Source: a phage. From it: a stretch of 40,644 nt of DNA. The position numbers and the translations under genes were made by a program. The notes under the pieces are model-generated. The model saw nothing but the letters and a program-made list of their open reading frames with translations. It was not told where the DNA came from and made no database searches. Location of the stretch: NCBI GenBank assembly GCA_017062915.1, contig GCA_017062915.1_4331.1; one strand, given 5' to 3'. Positions 19,001 through 27,682 of this stretch are shown in pieces (position 1 is the first letter of the stretch; each line of letters opens with the position of its first letter).

Positions 19001-19179
19001 TTATGGTACAGAGATACTCTAATAACGGGTTTTGTGTAGCGGACGCTGACGGTGGATACGTTAAATACGAAGACTATGTGAAACTCGAAGCCGAGTTACA
19101 GAAATACAAAGACCAGTTTCCGGATTACGTCGAGTGCGCGAACTGTGGGTCAATTACGCATGTGGAAGGGGTGGAGTGA
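18997..19179 (+). CDS. hypothetical protein
   Basis: 60 aa, coupled; CANCGS near the C-terminus. Confidence 0.45.
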   Translation: MIMVQRYSNNGFCVADADGGYVKYEDYVKLEAELQKYKDQFPDYVECANCGSITHVEGVE

Positions 19180-19346
19180 TGTCGTTAGCAACTGATATCC
19201 TGAAACGAAGCGGCCTTGCACCGCTGTCACCACGTAAAAGACATTTCAACACGCGTCCGACGTATCTTGAGTTACATGAGCGCCGGAAGACACCCGCACA
19301 ACGACTGGCTGAATATTGGAATAAGAGATATTCGGATAAATCCTAA
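19179..19346 (+). CDS. small basic hypothetical protein (55 aa)
   Basis: ATG overlaps the upstream TGA (TGATG); RBS GGGGTGGAG. Confidence 0.4.
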   Translation: MSLATDILKRSGLAPLSPRKRHFNTRPTYLELHERRKTPAQRLAEYWNKRYSDKS

Positions 19347-19398
19347 CCGTGGTATCCTCCAGGTACAGCATACTAAATACGCACCTGGAGGATTCATC

Positions 19399-19707
19399 TT
19401 GGATAAATTTACTGAAACAGTGACGGGCTGGCTTCTGGCTGCCGCACTAGCTGGCGGGGTAATAGGCTTACGACAACACAAAGCCACTATTACCGGCCCT
19501 GTCGATGCTCTCTGTTTTCTCGCCACTGGCTTTGCGTGTGCCGTATTCGGTGCGCCTCTCGCCGCTCAATGGTTCGGTATCGCAGGTGAACGCGAAATAG
19601 CGGGCCTTGGATTCATCATTGCTATTCTCTGGATGCCGATTTATTCCCGTCTCTCTGGCATTGTCGCCGGAGAATACATCGCACGTCGCGGAGGTGGTAA
19701 TGAATGA
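19399..19707 (+). CDS. holin-like membrane protein
   Basis: About three predicted TM segments (GWLLAAALAGGVIGL, LCFLATGFACAVFGAPL, GFIIAILWMPIY); TTG start 7 nt after SD GGAGG; immediately upstream of the endolysin. Confidence 0.5.
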   Translation: MDKFTETVTGWLLAAALAGGVIGLRQHKATITGPVDALCFLATGFACAVFGAPLAAQWFGIAGEREIAGLGFIIAILWMPIYSRLSGIVAGEYIARRGGGNE

Positions 19708-19981
19708 ATTATTCTGGTTTGGCGGTATGCTCGCAATCGGAGGTACATCGCTGTTTAACGTATACCACCCCAGTGTGGACGATGGCCTGTTTGGCCGTGT
19801 GCTGTATATCCTCACCGCTATTGTCTGCGCTGCCGGTTGTATTCACCTGTTACATGGCAGCATGTCGCCGACGCTGCCGGAAACACTAATCACCCTGGTA
19901 GCGCTGCGACAGATTCGTCAGTCGTGGCTGCATTACCAGTCGAAAGGAGGACATAAGCGTGTCTCGAAACATTTCAGATAA
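19700..19981 (+). CDS. second holin/antiholin-like membrane protein
   Basis: 93 aa, two hydrophobic helices and a basic C-terminus; ATG overlaps the upstream gene end, RBS GGAGGTGG. Confidence 0.45.
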   Translation: MNELFWFGGMLAIGGTSLFNVYHPSVDDGLFGRVLYILTAIVCAAGCIHLLHGSMSPTLPETLITLVALRQIRQSWLHYQSKGGHKRVSKHFR

Positions 19982-20465
19982 TGGATTGCAGTTCAAGAAA
20001 GCGTGGGAGAAGTTTCGCGGAACTGCCTACAAAGCAACAAAGAACGAAAAATACTGGACTATAGGCTGGGGCCATACCGGGCCTGAAGTGTACGAAGGGC
20101 AGAAGATTACCGAAGGTCAGGGACTTCTGCTACTGAACCGCGATATGCAGTGGGCAGTGAAAGCAGTTGATGAAGTCGCGCACCCCTCACTGACCCAGGC
20201 CCAGTTTGATGCTGTTGTCGACCTGGTGTTCAACGCCGGAACTGGCGTGATTGCGGCTACTACTGGCACGTGTAAGGCACTACGGCAGGGAGACATCCCT
20301 ACTCTACGACACAAGATGAGTCAGTTTATCAACCAGCGTAACCCGAAAACCGGTAAACTTGAGCCTGTGCTTGGCCTACGCCGTCGCGTAGCTGGTCGTC
20401 TGGCACTGTTCGACGGTAAACCGTGGCAGGAGGCTGAGGCTATTGGACGCGCGGTGAAAGGTTGA
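19959..20465 (+). CDS. endolysin, phage lysozyme (T4-lysozyme-like GH24 muramidase)
   Basis: GTG start with strong RBS AAAGGAGG; conserved GH24 core KYWTIGWGHTG with upstream Glu; 168 aa. Confidence 0.8.
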   Translation: MSRNISDNGLQFKKAWEKFRGTAYKATKNEKYWTIGWGHTGPEVYEGQKITEGQGLLLLNRDMQWAVKAVDEVAHPSLTQAQFDAVVDLVFNAGTGVIAATTGTCKALRQGDIPTLRHKMSQFINQRNPKTGKLEPVLGLRRRVAGRLALFDGKPWQEAEAIGRAVKG

Positions 20466-20581
20466 TAGACTAACGACAACAGAAGATTAAACAACATTAA
20501 GGGCATTCCGGGTATCATCACCCTCGCGGACCTGTAACAAGGTCGAGCCAAAGTGCGGTAACGCGCGCCGGAGAATCTCTG

Positions 20582-20610
20582 TTGACACCTAAGACTAATC
20601 CTACGATACT
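20582..20610 (+). promoter_or_regulatory. sigma70-type promoter TTGACA-N17-GATACT driving a very short terminated transcript
   Basis: Perfect -35, 17-nt spacer; predicted start about 40 nt before the terminator at 20652. Confidence 0.4.
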
Positions 20611-20651
20611 TAAATCACCTCCTGTTCCATCCCTCTGCTCTCCAGTTTTAT

Positions 20652-20681
20652 CCCGGCACTGACCCAGCCGGGATTTTTTTT
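20652..20681 (+). terminator. strong rho-independent terminator
   Basis: CCCGGC-ACTGACCCA-GCCGGG followed by eight T. Confidence 0.7.
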
Positions 20682-20703
20682 ATCTATTTTCTGCAATGAC
20701 TAG

Positions 20704-20732
20704 TTGACTATTACTCTGACACCAATTATATT
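20704..20732 (+). promoter_or_regulatory. sigma70-type promoter TTGACT-N17-TATATT for the 20766-22626 operon
   Basis: Good -35 and -10 with 17-nt spacer, about 35 nt upstream of the first RBS. Confidence 0.45.
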
Positions 20733-20765
20733 TACTCCATCGACAACGAGAACGGAGTAGAGAAG

Positions 20766-20915
20766 ATGAAAATAACAGATATCGAAGCATTCAAAGACGC
20801 ACAACTTATGGCACGTATCGCCGTTAGTAATCTCAGCACTGCTGTACCTGCGGACGCGTTCTGGTTCGCTGCGATGCAGACACTGAAAGCAGCTTATGCA
20901 GGAGAGAAGAAATGA
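20766..20915 (+). CDS. small hypothetical protein (49 aa)
   Basis: RBS GGAG; stop overlaps the next start (ATGA). Confidence 0.4.
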   Translation: MKITDIEAFKDAQLMARIAVSNLSTAVPADAFWFAAMQTLKAAYAGEKK

Positions 20916-21070
20916 CCGTTTATATTGTTACTGGTTGGCGATGTCTGCGTGATATAGAAATTATTAACGTGTTTGCAAATGAAGAGAAGGCCAAAAAAGC
21001 TGCGGAGTTAGTGCGAACCGCTGGCTACTACGATGTTGTTGAAATTAATAATTACGAGGTCGAGCAATGA
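20912..21070 (+). CDS. small hypothetical protein (52 aa)
   Basis: ATGA overlaps at both ends. Confidence 0.4.
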   Translation: MTVYIVTGWRCLRDIEIINVFANEEKAKKAAELVRTAGYYDVVEINNYEVEQ

Positions 21071-21225
21071 GTGAACAAACACCAATCAGCCAACCGTTAC
21101 GAGTAGGCCGTAAAGTCAGTCACACCCCGTTCCCGACACGCGAGGAGCTGATGAAACGTAACAGTTTCCCGGGGCCGGACAAGAACAAGTATCTCAATCG
21201 CATGTGGGGAGCGCGTAAAGAATGA
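21067..21225 (+). CDS. small hypothetical protein (52 aa)
   Basis: ATGA overlaps at both ends. Confidence 0.4.
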   Translation: MSEQTPISQPLRVGRKVSHTPFPTREELMKRNSFPGPDKNKYLNRMWGARKE

Positions 21226-21458
21226 CTGACCGTGAATACGAAAAGATGATGGTAGAGGCCGTTAACGGCGGCGTAGACGTAAGCCACGTGATGCACGTCC
21301 TGAATACTAAAATCGCAGTAGCGGAGCAAATGGTAGAGTCGCTTTACGAGACTCGCCGTGAACTGATTAACCGCTTCAACCTGAACAAGGGGTGCGCTAT
21401 TTCTGACGATTTCGATGGGGATTACCGAAATGGAGATTTTTATGAGGGGGCCGAATAA
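21222..21458 (+). CDS. hypothetical protein
   Basis: 78 aa, coupled. Confidence 0.5.
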   Translation: MTDREYEKMMVEAVNGGVDVSHVMHVLNTKIAVAEQMVESLYETRRELINRFNLNKGCAISDDFDGDYRNGDFYEGAE

Positions 21459-21697
21459 TGCCTAAAATCACAATCGCGTCACTCGATCGCCGTATTCTGG
21501 TGCTTGAGTCGGAGAAACAGACGTTAGGCGGGCAACTGTCTATCAACGGCGAGTTTCAACTGGAGGCGTTTAAGTTGCTTCTTGCTAAGTTGAAGGAGGA
21601 CGAAAAGCCTTGCGAGCACGATTACTACCTACATGTGGTCGGTGGATTACATCGAGCCACGTGCATTAAATGTGGTGAAGCGTATGGAGTCGCCTAA
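21458..21697 (+). CDS. hypothetical protein with C-terminal Cys/His cluster (zinc-ribbon-like)
   Basis: 79 aa; CEHDYYLH...CIKCGE spacing consistent with a small zinc-binding fold. Confidence 0.5.
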   Translation: MPKITIASLDRRILVLESEKQTLGGQLSINGEFQLEAFKLLLAKLKEDEKPCEHDYYLHVVGGLHRATCIKCGEAYGVA

Positions 21698-21866
21698 ACC
21701 AGTAGTCATTGATGGCGTCCTGTGGAAACCGTACTCGGTTAACCACATCGACGCCGACGGGAAGAAGTTCAGCTTCTACATTTTTGCAATTAGCCGTGAG
21801 CACGCCGCTTGTGTGGTTGACGATATAAGAGAAACGGCGTGGCTTGGTGATGAGATAGTGGGGTGA
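21684..21866 (+). CDS. hypothetical protein
   Basis: Start placed at the internal ATG (MESPKPVV); the track ORF starts at 21633 and overlaps the previous gene. Confidence 0.4.
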   Translation: MESPKPVVIDGVLWKPYSVNHIDADGKKFSFYIFAISREHAACVVDDIRETAWLGDEIVG

Positions 21867-21953
21867 GGATATGAGCCTTGAAGTGGTTATAGGTTTAGTT
21901 GGTCTTAGTTATTTTATCGGGTTGGCTGTCGGCTTTCTGTGGGGTAGATACTA

Positions 21954-22124
21954 ATGTTCAGTGACATCGCCGCGGCAATCGAAGAAGCAATCTGGCGTCG
22001 CTACAACGGCGAGCAACAAAGACACTTCTGCCTCGTGCAGCGCGGTAACATGATTGCCGTGGTGCAGGACCGGGATAATAAATACCCAAATGCGATGTGG
22101 ACGACGAGGAATTTCTTAGGATGA
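21954..22124 (+). CDS. small hypothetical protein (56 aa)
   Basis: Fills the gap between 21866 and 22121; TGA overlaps the next ATG. Confidence 0.35.
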   Translation: MFSDIAAAIEEAIWRRYNGEQQRHFCLVQRGNMIAVVQDRDNKYPNAMWTTRNFLG

Positions 22125-22357
22125 TTACCAGCATTCCGAACCTGATTAAAGAATACGGCACGATGGCTGAGACATGCCGACAAACCGGCATCAACGAAAT
22201 GACGATTCGCAAGTACAGCAAAGACGTAGACTGCGAGCGCCATGTAATTTATAACAACCGACTGATGACGCACGTTAAGACAAGCCCGGTGCTATTCACA
22301 CGCCGCGGCATCACGAAGACTGAGCAACGTATCGCACGAGAGGAGAGTGGGGAATGA
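22121..22357 (+). CDS. hypothetical protein
   Basis: ATG start with ATGA coupling preferred over the track GTG at 22097. Confidence 0.45.
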   Translation: MITSIPNLIKEYGTMAETCRQTGINEMTIRKYSKDVDCERHVIYNNRLMTHVKTSPVLFTRRGITKTEQRIAREESGE

Positions 22358-22626
22358 TTGAATATGATAACTACCACATAAACCGGTGTGAGGCACTTGA
22401 ATTTTTGTCCAGAAACTTCCACGATTTCCCGGAATGCATGCCTAATGTACGCGAAGTTGCAGAGGGTATTTCCGAGAACATATTCAAAGGTTGGCGATTC
22501 GTCGTTATTGATTCCGGTGAGTTGGTTTTCGCGGATTGCCTTTCACCATGTATCCGTAAAATAGACCTTGAGGAATTTAATGCAACTTTTAGTCTTTCCG
22601 AATGCCTGGGCAATCGCTGTATCTAA
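22354..22626 (+). CDS. hypothetical Cys-rich protein
   Basis: 90 aa, coupled; last gene before a terminator. Confidence 0.5.
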   Translation: MIEYDNYHINRCEALEFLSRNFHDFPECMPNVREVAEGISENIFKGWRFVVIDSGELVFADCLSPCIRKIDLEEFNATFSLSECLGNRCI

Positions 22627-22685
22627 CGACCACTACGGCGGCGATGGTAAAAGAGCGCCACGACACGGCCTATATAACTGATACA

Positions 22686-22708
22686 AGCCCTCTACGGAGG
22701 GCTTTTCT
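22686..22708 (+). terminator. rho-independent terminator
   Basis: AGCCCTC-TACG-GAGGGCT followed by TTTCT. Confidence 0.6.
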
Positions 22709-22802
22709 GTACATCCCGCCCAATCCCCTTATATAATCCCTTTAGACGCGTAGGGCGCGTCTGATGCGCTCTGATGGTCAGACGCATATGTCAGGGGGTT
22801 AT

Positions 22803-23312
22803 ATGAAACTTACACTTAAGCAACCATCACCTGAGGTGGTGCAAGCTGCGCATGAAGAGGCTGTTAGTGCCAACCGTCGCCGTAAACGACCGCGCGGTAA
22901 ACAGAGCCTTTATCAATCATCCCGTAATTCCGCAGCATTGTGGGACCCGGACTATTGCGACGAGTTAATCCGGTTCTTTGACCGCAACTCATGGGAACTC
23001 GTACCTACGTCCAAGGGTGACGAACGCCCACTTATCCAAGATAAACCCCCATCACTGGCCCGCTTCGCCTTACACATCGGCGTCACTATCCCGATTATTA
23101 AGCTGTGGCTGCGTGAGATTCCGGCGTTCGCAGAAGCCTATGAAACGGCGCAGGCACTGGAAGAGGCGTATTTCACGGAGACAGGGGCGGCGGGCATCTC
23201 CGCTACGTTTGCTGCCGCTAAGCTGGGGCTTAATAAAACTGTTGTCGCTGAAGAAGTACGCGACGAGCCAATCAGCGAAGTAACTATTAAGGTGGTGTCT
23301 GGTGAACGTTAA
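22803..23312 (+). CDS. terminase small subunit (putative)
   Basis: About 170 aa directly upstream of and overlapping the large terminase gene; start at ATG after GGGGG RBS; assignment mainly positional. Confidence 0.5.
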   Translation: MKLTLKQPSPEVVQAAHEEAVSANRRRKRPRGKQSLYQSSRNSAALWDPDYCDELIRFFDRNSWELVPTSKGDERPLIQDKPPSLARFALHIGVTIPIIKLWLREIPAFAEAYETAQALEEAYFTETGAAGISATFAAAKLGLNKTVVAEEVRDEPISEVTIKVVSGER

Positions 23313-24573
23313 TATCACGGCGACAGAGCCACAGGGCACGTTTCTCGGTATGCACTGCAAGTTCCCTGCGTTCGTGGCAGGCTTCGGTACTGGCAAATCT
23401 GAGGTTATGTGTAACTCCGCGCTACTCGACAGTATGGAAGGCGGCAGCGATTCAATCATCGCCATGTACGAGCCCACCTACGACCTTGTGCGTCTTATCC
23501 TTGCACCACGTATGGAAGAAAAGTTGACTGACTGGGGCGTACGATACAAATACAACAAGTCCGACAACATAATTTATACGTCATCAGGACAATTCGGGGA
23601 TTTTGTACTGCGTACATTAGACAACCCAGCACGAATCGTTGGTTACGAATCTTTTCGTGCAAAAATCGACGAGTTGGACACCCTTAACATGGAACACGCC
23701 GAACACGCGTGGAACAAAGTTATCGCTCGTAACCGCCAGTTGCCGCGGACATATAAACCTATTACACCAAAACCGGCTAATACCGTTTCCGTATTCACTA
23801 CGCCAGAAGGTTTCCGGTTTGTACACGACCGCTGGGTAGTTAAAAAGAATCCAGGCTACGAGATGATACAGGCCTCGACTCTTTCCAACCCGTTCCTTCC
23901 GGAAGACTACGTACAGTCGTTGCGGGATACCTACCCTGGGCAATTGATTGACGCTTACATCAACGGAGAGTTCGTCAACCTGACTGCGGGGACCGTCTAC
24001 TACGCGTACGACCGCAGGAAAAACAGCAGCCGCGAAACAATTAAGCCAGGAGAAACCCTGTATATCGGGCAGGACTTTAACGTAGGCCATATGGCGAGTA
24101 CGGTTTATGTGCAGCGCGGTAAAGTCTGGCATGCTGTCGCCGAGTTGGTGGATATGTTTGATACGCCTGATGTAGTGCGAGCGATAACGGAGCGATGGAA
24201 AAATAAAGGGCATTACATCATCATGTACCCGGACGCTAGCGGCAAAAACCGCAAAAGTAACAACGCCAGTACATCCGATATCGCCCAGCTACAGCAGGCG
24301 GGCTTCGAGGTAAGGGCTAAATCAACAAACCCTCCAGTTAAAGACCGTGTATCGTCGATGAATAAGGCGCTCGAATCTGGTATGGTCATGATTAATGAAC
24401 AGGCTTGCCCGGTTACCGCGCGATGCCTGGAGCAACAGGCTTACGACAAGAACGGCGAACCAGACAAATCAGGCGGTGTGGACCACCAGAATGACGGAAC
24501 CACGTATCCAATCGCATATGAAATGCCGATTCGCAAACCAGTAATCAACATTCCGGTGACTTTCGCACTTTAA
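23302..24573 (+). CDS. terminase large subunit
   Basis: Walker A AGFGTGKS, Walker B-like KIDELD, C-terminal nuclease-type acidic residues; 423 aa. Confidence 0.8.
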   Translation: MNVNITATEPQGTFLGMHCKFPAFVAGFGTGKSEVMCNSALLDSMEGGSDSIIAMYEPTYDLVRLILAPRMEEKLTDWGVRYKYNKSDNIIYTSSGQFGDFVLRTLDNPARIVGYESFRAKIDELDTLNMEHAEHAWNKVIARNRQLPRTYKPITPKPANTVSVFTTPEGFRFVHDRWVVKKNPGYEMIQASTLSNPFLPEDYVQSLRDTYPGQLIDAYINGEFVNLTAGTVYYAYDRRKNSSRETIKPGETLYIGQDFNVGHMASTVYVQRGKVWHAVAELVDMFDTPDVVRAITERWKNKGHYIIMYPDASGKNRKSNNASTSDIAQLQQAGFEVRAKSTNPPVKDRVSSMNKALESGMVMINEQACPVTARCLEQQAYDKNGEPDKSGGVDHQNDGTTYPIAYEMPIRKPVINIPVTFAL

Positions 24574-24584
24574 GAGGACAACAA

Positions 24585-26078
24585 ATGGTTTCCGCAAATA
24601 TTAACGCAAGGCAAGGGCAGAATGTAAAAACTCGCCATCGCCAGTACGAAGAGTATTTCCCTAAGTGGCAGAAGGTGCGACATGCACTTTCTGGCGACCT
24701 GACATCATATTTACGTGATGTGGGTAAGAATGAGCCAGACCCGGTTTACGGACGGCAGCGTCAAGCTGAATATGAAGCCGGGGCTATCTGCTACAACTTC
24801 ACCAAGCGAACACTCTCTGGCATGGTCGGCTCCGTTATGCGCAAAGACCCCGAGCAAATCATCCCTAAAGAACTTGAGTACCTTCTGGAAAACGCAGACG
24901 GTTCAGGTGTAGGGCTGTGGCAACATGCGCAGGACACGCTGTACGAAATCGACGCTATCGGACGCGGGGGCCTTCTGGTGGACGCGCCCGCGGTAGAAGT
25001 CGCCACTATGGCGGAGCAAAACGAGGGCTTACTAAACCCTACAATTGCTTTCTACACCGCGGAGAACATCATCAACTGGCGGCTTCAGCGCGTCGGGTCG
25101 GTCAACCGTGTGGTTATGGTCGTATTGCGCGAAGAATACGAGTACACCGACGGTACGGATGAGTTCAGCCCGAACTACGGCGAACAATACCGCGTCCTTG
25201 ATATCTTCGAAGGCCGGTATCGCCAGCGTCTGTACCGGTTTAACCAGAAAGGTGCACTGATGGGAGGCGGCTATATCGAAATCTTCCCGAAACTCGGTAA
25301 TATTCCGGTAGGGGTGATTCCGTTCACGTTCATTGGTGCAGGGAATAACGATTCTACGCCGGATGATGCGCCTTTGCTGCCGTTGGCTGAGCTAAATATC
25401 GGGCATTTCCGCAACAGTGCCGACAATGAGGAATCCAGCTTCGTTGTAGGCCAGCCCACACTGTTCATTGCCCCAGGCGAGAATATGAGCATGGAGCAGT
25501 GGAAAGAGGCCAACCCCCACGGCGTGCGCATGGGTTCGCGCTCGGGCCACAACATCGGCTACGGCGGCAACGCGTTTCTTGTTCAGGCGGGCGAGAATAA
25601 CCTTGCCAAACAGAACATGCTGGACAAAGAGAATCAGGCTATCCAGATTGGTGCGCAGCTTATCACGCCGACGCAGCAAATCACCGCTGAATCTGCCCGC
25701 CTGCAACGCGGCGCTGATACGTCCGTAATGGCTACTATCGCGCGCAATGTAAGCATGGCGTACACCGAAGCGTTGCGTTGGGTAGCCGCGATGCTGGGCT
25801 TGCGCGAAGGCACTGAGATTGAGTTCAAGCTGAATATGGAGTTCTTCCTGCAGCCGATGACCGCTCAGGACCGCGCGCAGTGGATGGCTGACATTAATGC
25901 CGGTTTACTGCCTGCAACTGCTTACTACGCGGCGTTGCGTAAGGCCGGGGTAACTGACTGGACTGACGAGGAGATTACGACGGCGATTGAGGATGCACCT
26001 GTGCCGTTAGGTGCTGTTACTCAGGTAGCAGGAGAGATTCCGCAGTCGGCACAGCAACAAAACACCGCTCAGCAGTAA
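24585..26078 (+). CDS. portal protein
   Basis: 497 aa immediately after the terminase gene, RBS AAGAGGA; acidic/Gln-rich C-terminus. Confidence 0.65.
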   Translation: MVSANINARQGQNVKTRHRQYEEYFPKWQKVRHALSGDLTSYLRDVGKNEPDPVYGRQRQAEYEAGAICYNFTKRTLSGMVGSVMRKDPEQIIPKELEYLLENADGSGVGLWQHAQDTLYEIDAIGRGGLLVDAPAVEVATMAEQNEGLLNPTIAFYTAENIINWRLQRVGSVNRVVMVVLREEYEYTDGTDEFSPNYGEQYRVLDIFEGRYRQRLYRFNQKGALMGGGYIEIFPKLGNIPVGVIPFTFIGAGNNDSTPDDAPLLPLAELNIGHFRNSADNEESSFVVGQPTLFIAPGENMSMEQWKEANPHGVRMGSRSGHNIGYGGNAFLVQAGENNLAKQNMLDKENQAIQIGAQLITPTQQITAESARLQRGADTSVMATIARNVSMAYTEALRWVAAMLGLREGTEIEFKLNMEFFLQPMTAQDRAQWMADINAGLLPATAYYAALRKAGVTDWTDEEITTAIEDAPVPLGAVTQVAGEIPQSAQQQNTAQQ

Positions 26079-26088
26079 GTTCACATAT

Positions 26089-26110
26089 AGCCCCGAAAGG
26101 GGCTTTCTTA
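26089..26110 (+). terminator. rho-independent terminator
   Basis: AGCCCC-GAAA-GGGGCT followed by TTCTTAT. Confidence 0.55.
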
Positions 26111-26147
26111 TAGTATGCTATTAACTTTAGCGCCACAGGGTTTATCT

Positions 26148-27191
26148 ATGAGCTTACTTACATCCCTAATCAGCCACCAGATATGGCTGCAACGCACCGC
26201 ATCCGGTGAAGTGAAAGACCTTGCGCCGTTTCTTCAGAAAATGCGGGACGAAATCAAACGGCAGGTGCTGTTATTCGGTGACGACGGGCGAAGCACCGCG
26301 CGGTTGAATAAATTGTTACGCGACCTCGAAGAAGCATTGACTGGGCTTACGGGCGACTGGCAGACAAAGCTGACAGAAGACCTTAAGGAACTGGCGGCGT
26401 ATGAAGCCGAGTGGAACGTAAAGACTCTGACCACCAACGTAAATGCGGAATTTGTTACACCTACCGCCGAGCAGGTGTGGGCCGCCGCCGAGTTTCAGCC
26501 CTTATCATTAAGCGACAAGCCTGTCGATTTCACTAAGCTGATGTCCGGCTGGGGTGAAACAGAAGTGTCGCGCCTGGTAACGGGCGTTAAGATGGGTTTC
26601 GTACAAGGTCAGACGACACGACAGATTGTTAAGAATGTCGTAGGCGCTGGTGGACTGGCTGACATCTCTGAACGCAACGCAGCTACGGTAATACGTACTG
26701 CGCTGTCTCACGTGTCCAACGAAGCACGCAACGAGACGTACCGCCAGAATGACGACATCATTGAGAAATACGAATGGGTGTCGACGCTGGACAGCCGTAC
26801 CAGCACGATTTGCAGAGCCAGAGACGGAATGACATGGGAAATTGGAAAAGGGCCGATGCCCCCGGCCCATCCGAACTGTCGAAGTACCACTGCACCCGTA
26901 ATAAGCTCCGAGTTCGACTTCCTAGATAAAGGCGCAAAACGCGCGGCTAAGGGCGCAGACGGAGGCACTCAGGTAAGCGCAGATACCACTTATTACGAGT
27001 TCCTGAAACAGCAACCGGCGTGGTTTCAGGACCAGGCGCTCGGCCCTGTACGGGGTAAGATTTTCCGCAACAGCGGTATATCGCCGGAAGAGTTTCGCGT
27101 AATATCTGTAGATGGTTTCGGGAATCCGCTCACGCTTAAGCAGATGGCGGAACTCGATAAACGTGTTGCTGATTATCTGAAAGGGGAATAA
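26148..27191 (+). CDS. head morphogenesis / minor capsid protein (SPP1 gp7 / Mu F-like)
   Basis: Position after the portal gene; size about 350 aa; family from memory of the typical portal-associated minor capsid protein. Confidence 0.55.
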   Translation: MSLLTSLISHQIWLQRTASGEVKDLAPFLQKMRDEIKRQVLLFGDDGRSTARLNKLLRDLEEALTGLTGDWQTKLTEDLKELAAYEAEWNVKTLTTNVNAEFVTPTAEQVWAAAEFQPLSLSDKPVDFTKLMSGWGETEVSRLVTGVKMGFVQGQTTRQIVKNVVGAGGLADISERNAATVIRTALSHVSNEARNETYRQNDDIIEKYEWVSTLDSRTSTICRARDGMTWEIGKGPMPPAHPNCRSTTAPVISSEFDFLDKGAKRAAKGADGGTQVSADTTYYEFLKQQPAWFQDQALGPVRGKIFRNSGISPEEFRVISVDGFGNPLTLKQMAELDKRVADYLKGE

Positions 27192-27652
27192 TGATGGGCT
27201 TTTTCAAAATTACTGATGTACCGTCGCGTCGCGTAGTCCAGTTTGCCCGTGTGTCTGGCTCTGGCGAGAACGTGGTGTTTATTGAAGATGAAAGTGAACT
27301 GGGTACACCGGTAGACGATATGCCGTTTGCGGATAAAACTGGCATTGCGCTGCCCGCGGCGGGTATGCTCTATGAGATTCCGTATCTGGCTGATGCAGGC
27401 GACGTGTATTTCTCTGCGCAACCGCAGGACGCTGAACTGACAGACGGCAGCGCAACTATCACTGTCGAAGTTAAGGCGGGCAAAGCACCATATGCTTTAA
27501 CATGGTACAAAGACGGAAAGGAAGTGGTAAACGCACCCGAAGAGGCCTTGTCTCTGTCGGTTAATTCTGTCGGCGAATACTTCGTTAAAGTTACTGACGC
27601 CGATGGGGTAGAGGCTGTGAGTAAAGCAGCAAAGGTTACTAAGCCAGAATGA
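27191..27652 (+). CDS. hypothetical protein with Ig-like C-terminal domain (possible capsid decoration protein)
   Basis: C-terminal beta-rich repeat-like segment (ITVEVKAGKAPYALTWYKDGKEV...YFVKVTDADGVEAV). Confidence 0.35.
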   Translation: MMGFFKITDVPSRRVVQFARVSGSGENVVFIEDESELGTPVDDMPFADKTGIALPAAGMLYEIPYLADAGDVYFSAQPQDAELTDGSATITVEVKAGKAPYALTWYKDGKEVVNAPEEALSLSVNSVGEYFVKVTDADGVEAVSKAAKVTKPE

Positions 27653-27656
27653 TAAA

Positions 27657-27682
27657 AGGCCCCTTACGGGGCCTTAGTTTTA
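27657..27682. terminator. bidirectional rho-independent terminator
   Basis: AGGCCCC-TTAC-GGGGCCT flanked by T-rich sequence on both strands; between convergent genes. Confidence 0.6.

Noticed and set aside
23617-24213. 198-aa ORF on the minus strand inside the large terminase gene
   Set aside because: Entirely antisense to a gene with clear Walker motifs; no RBS or promoter context; treated as a spurious shadow ORF.
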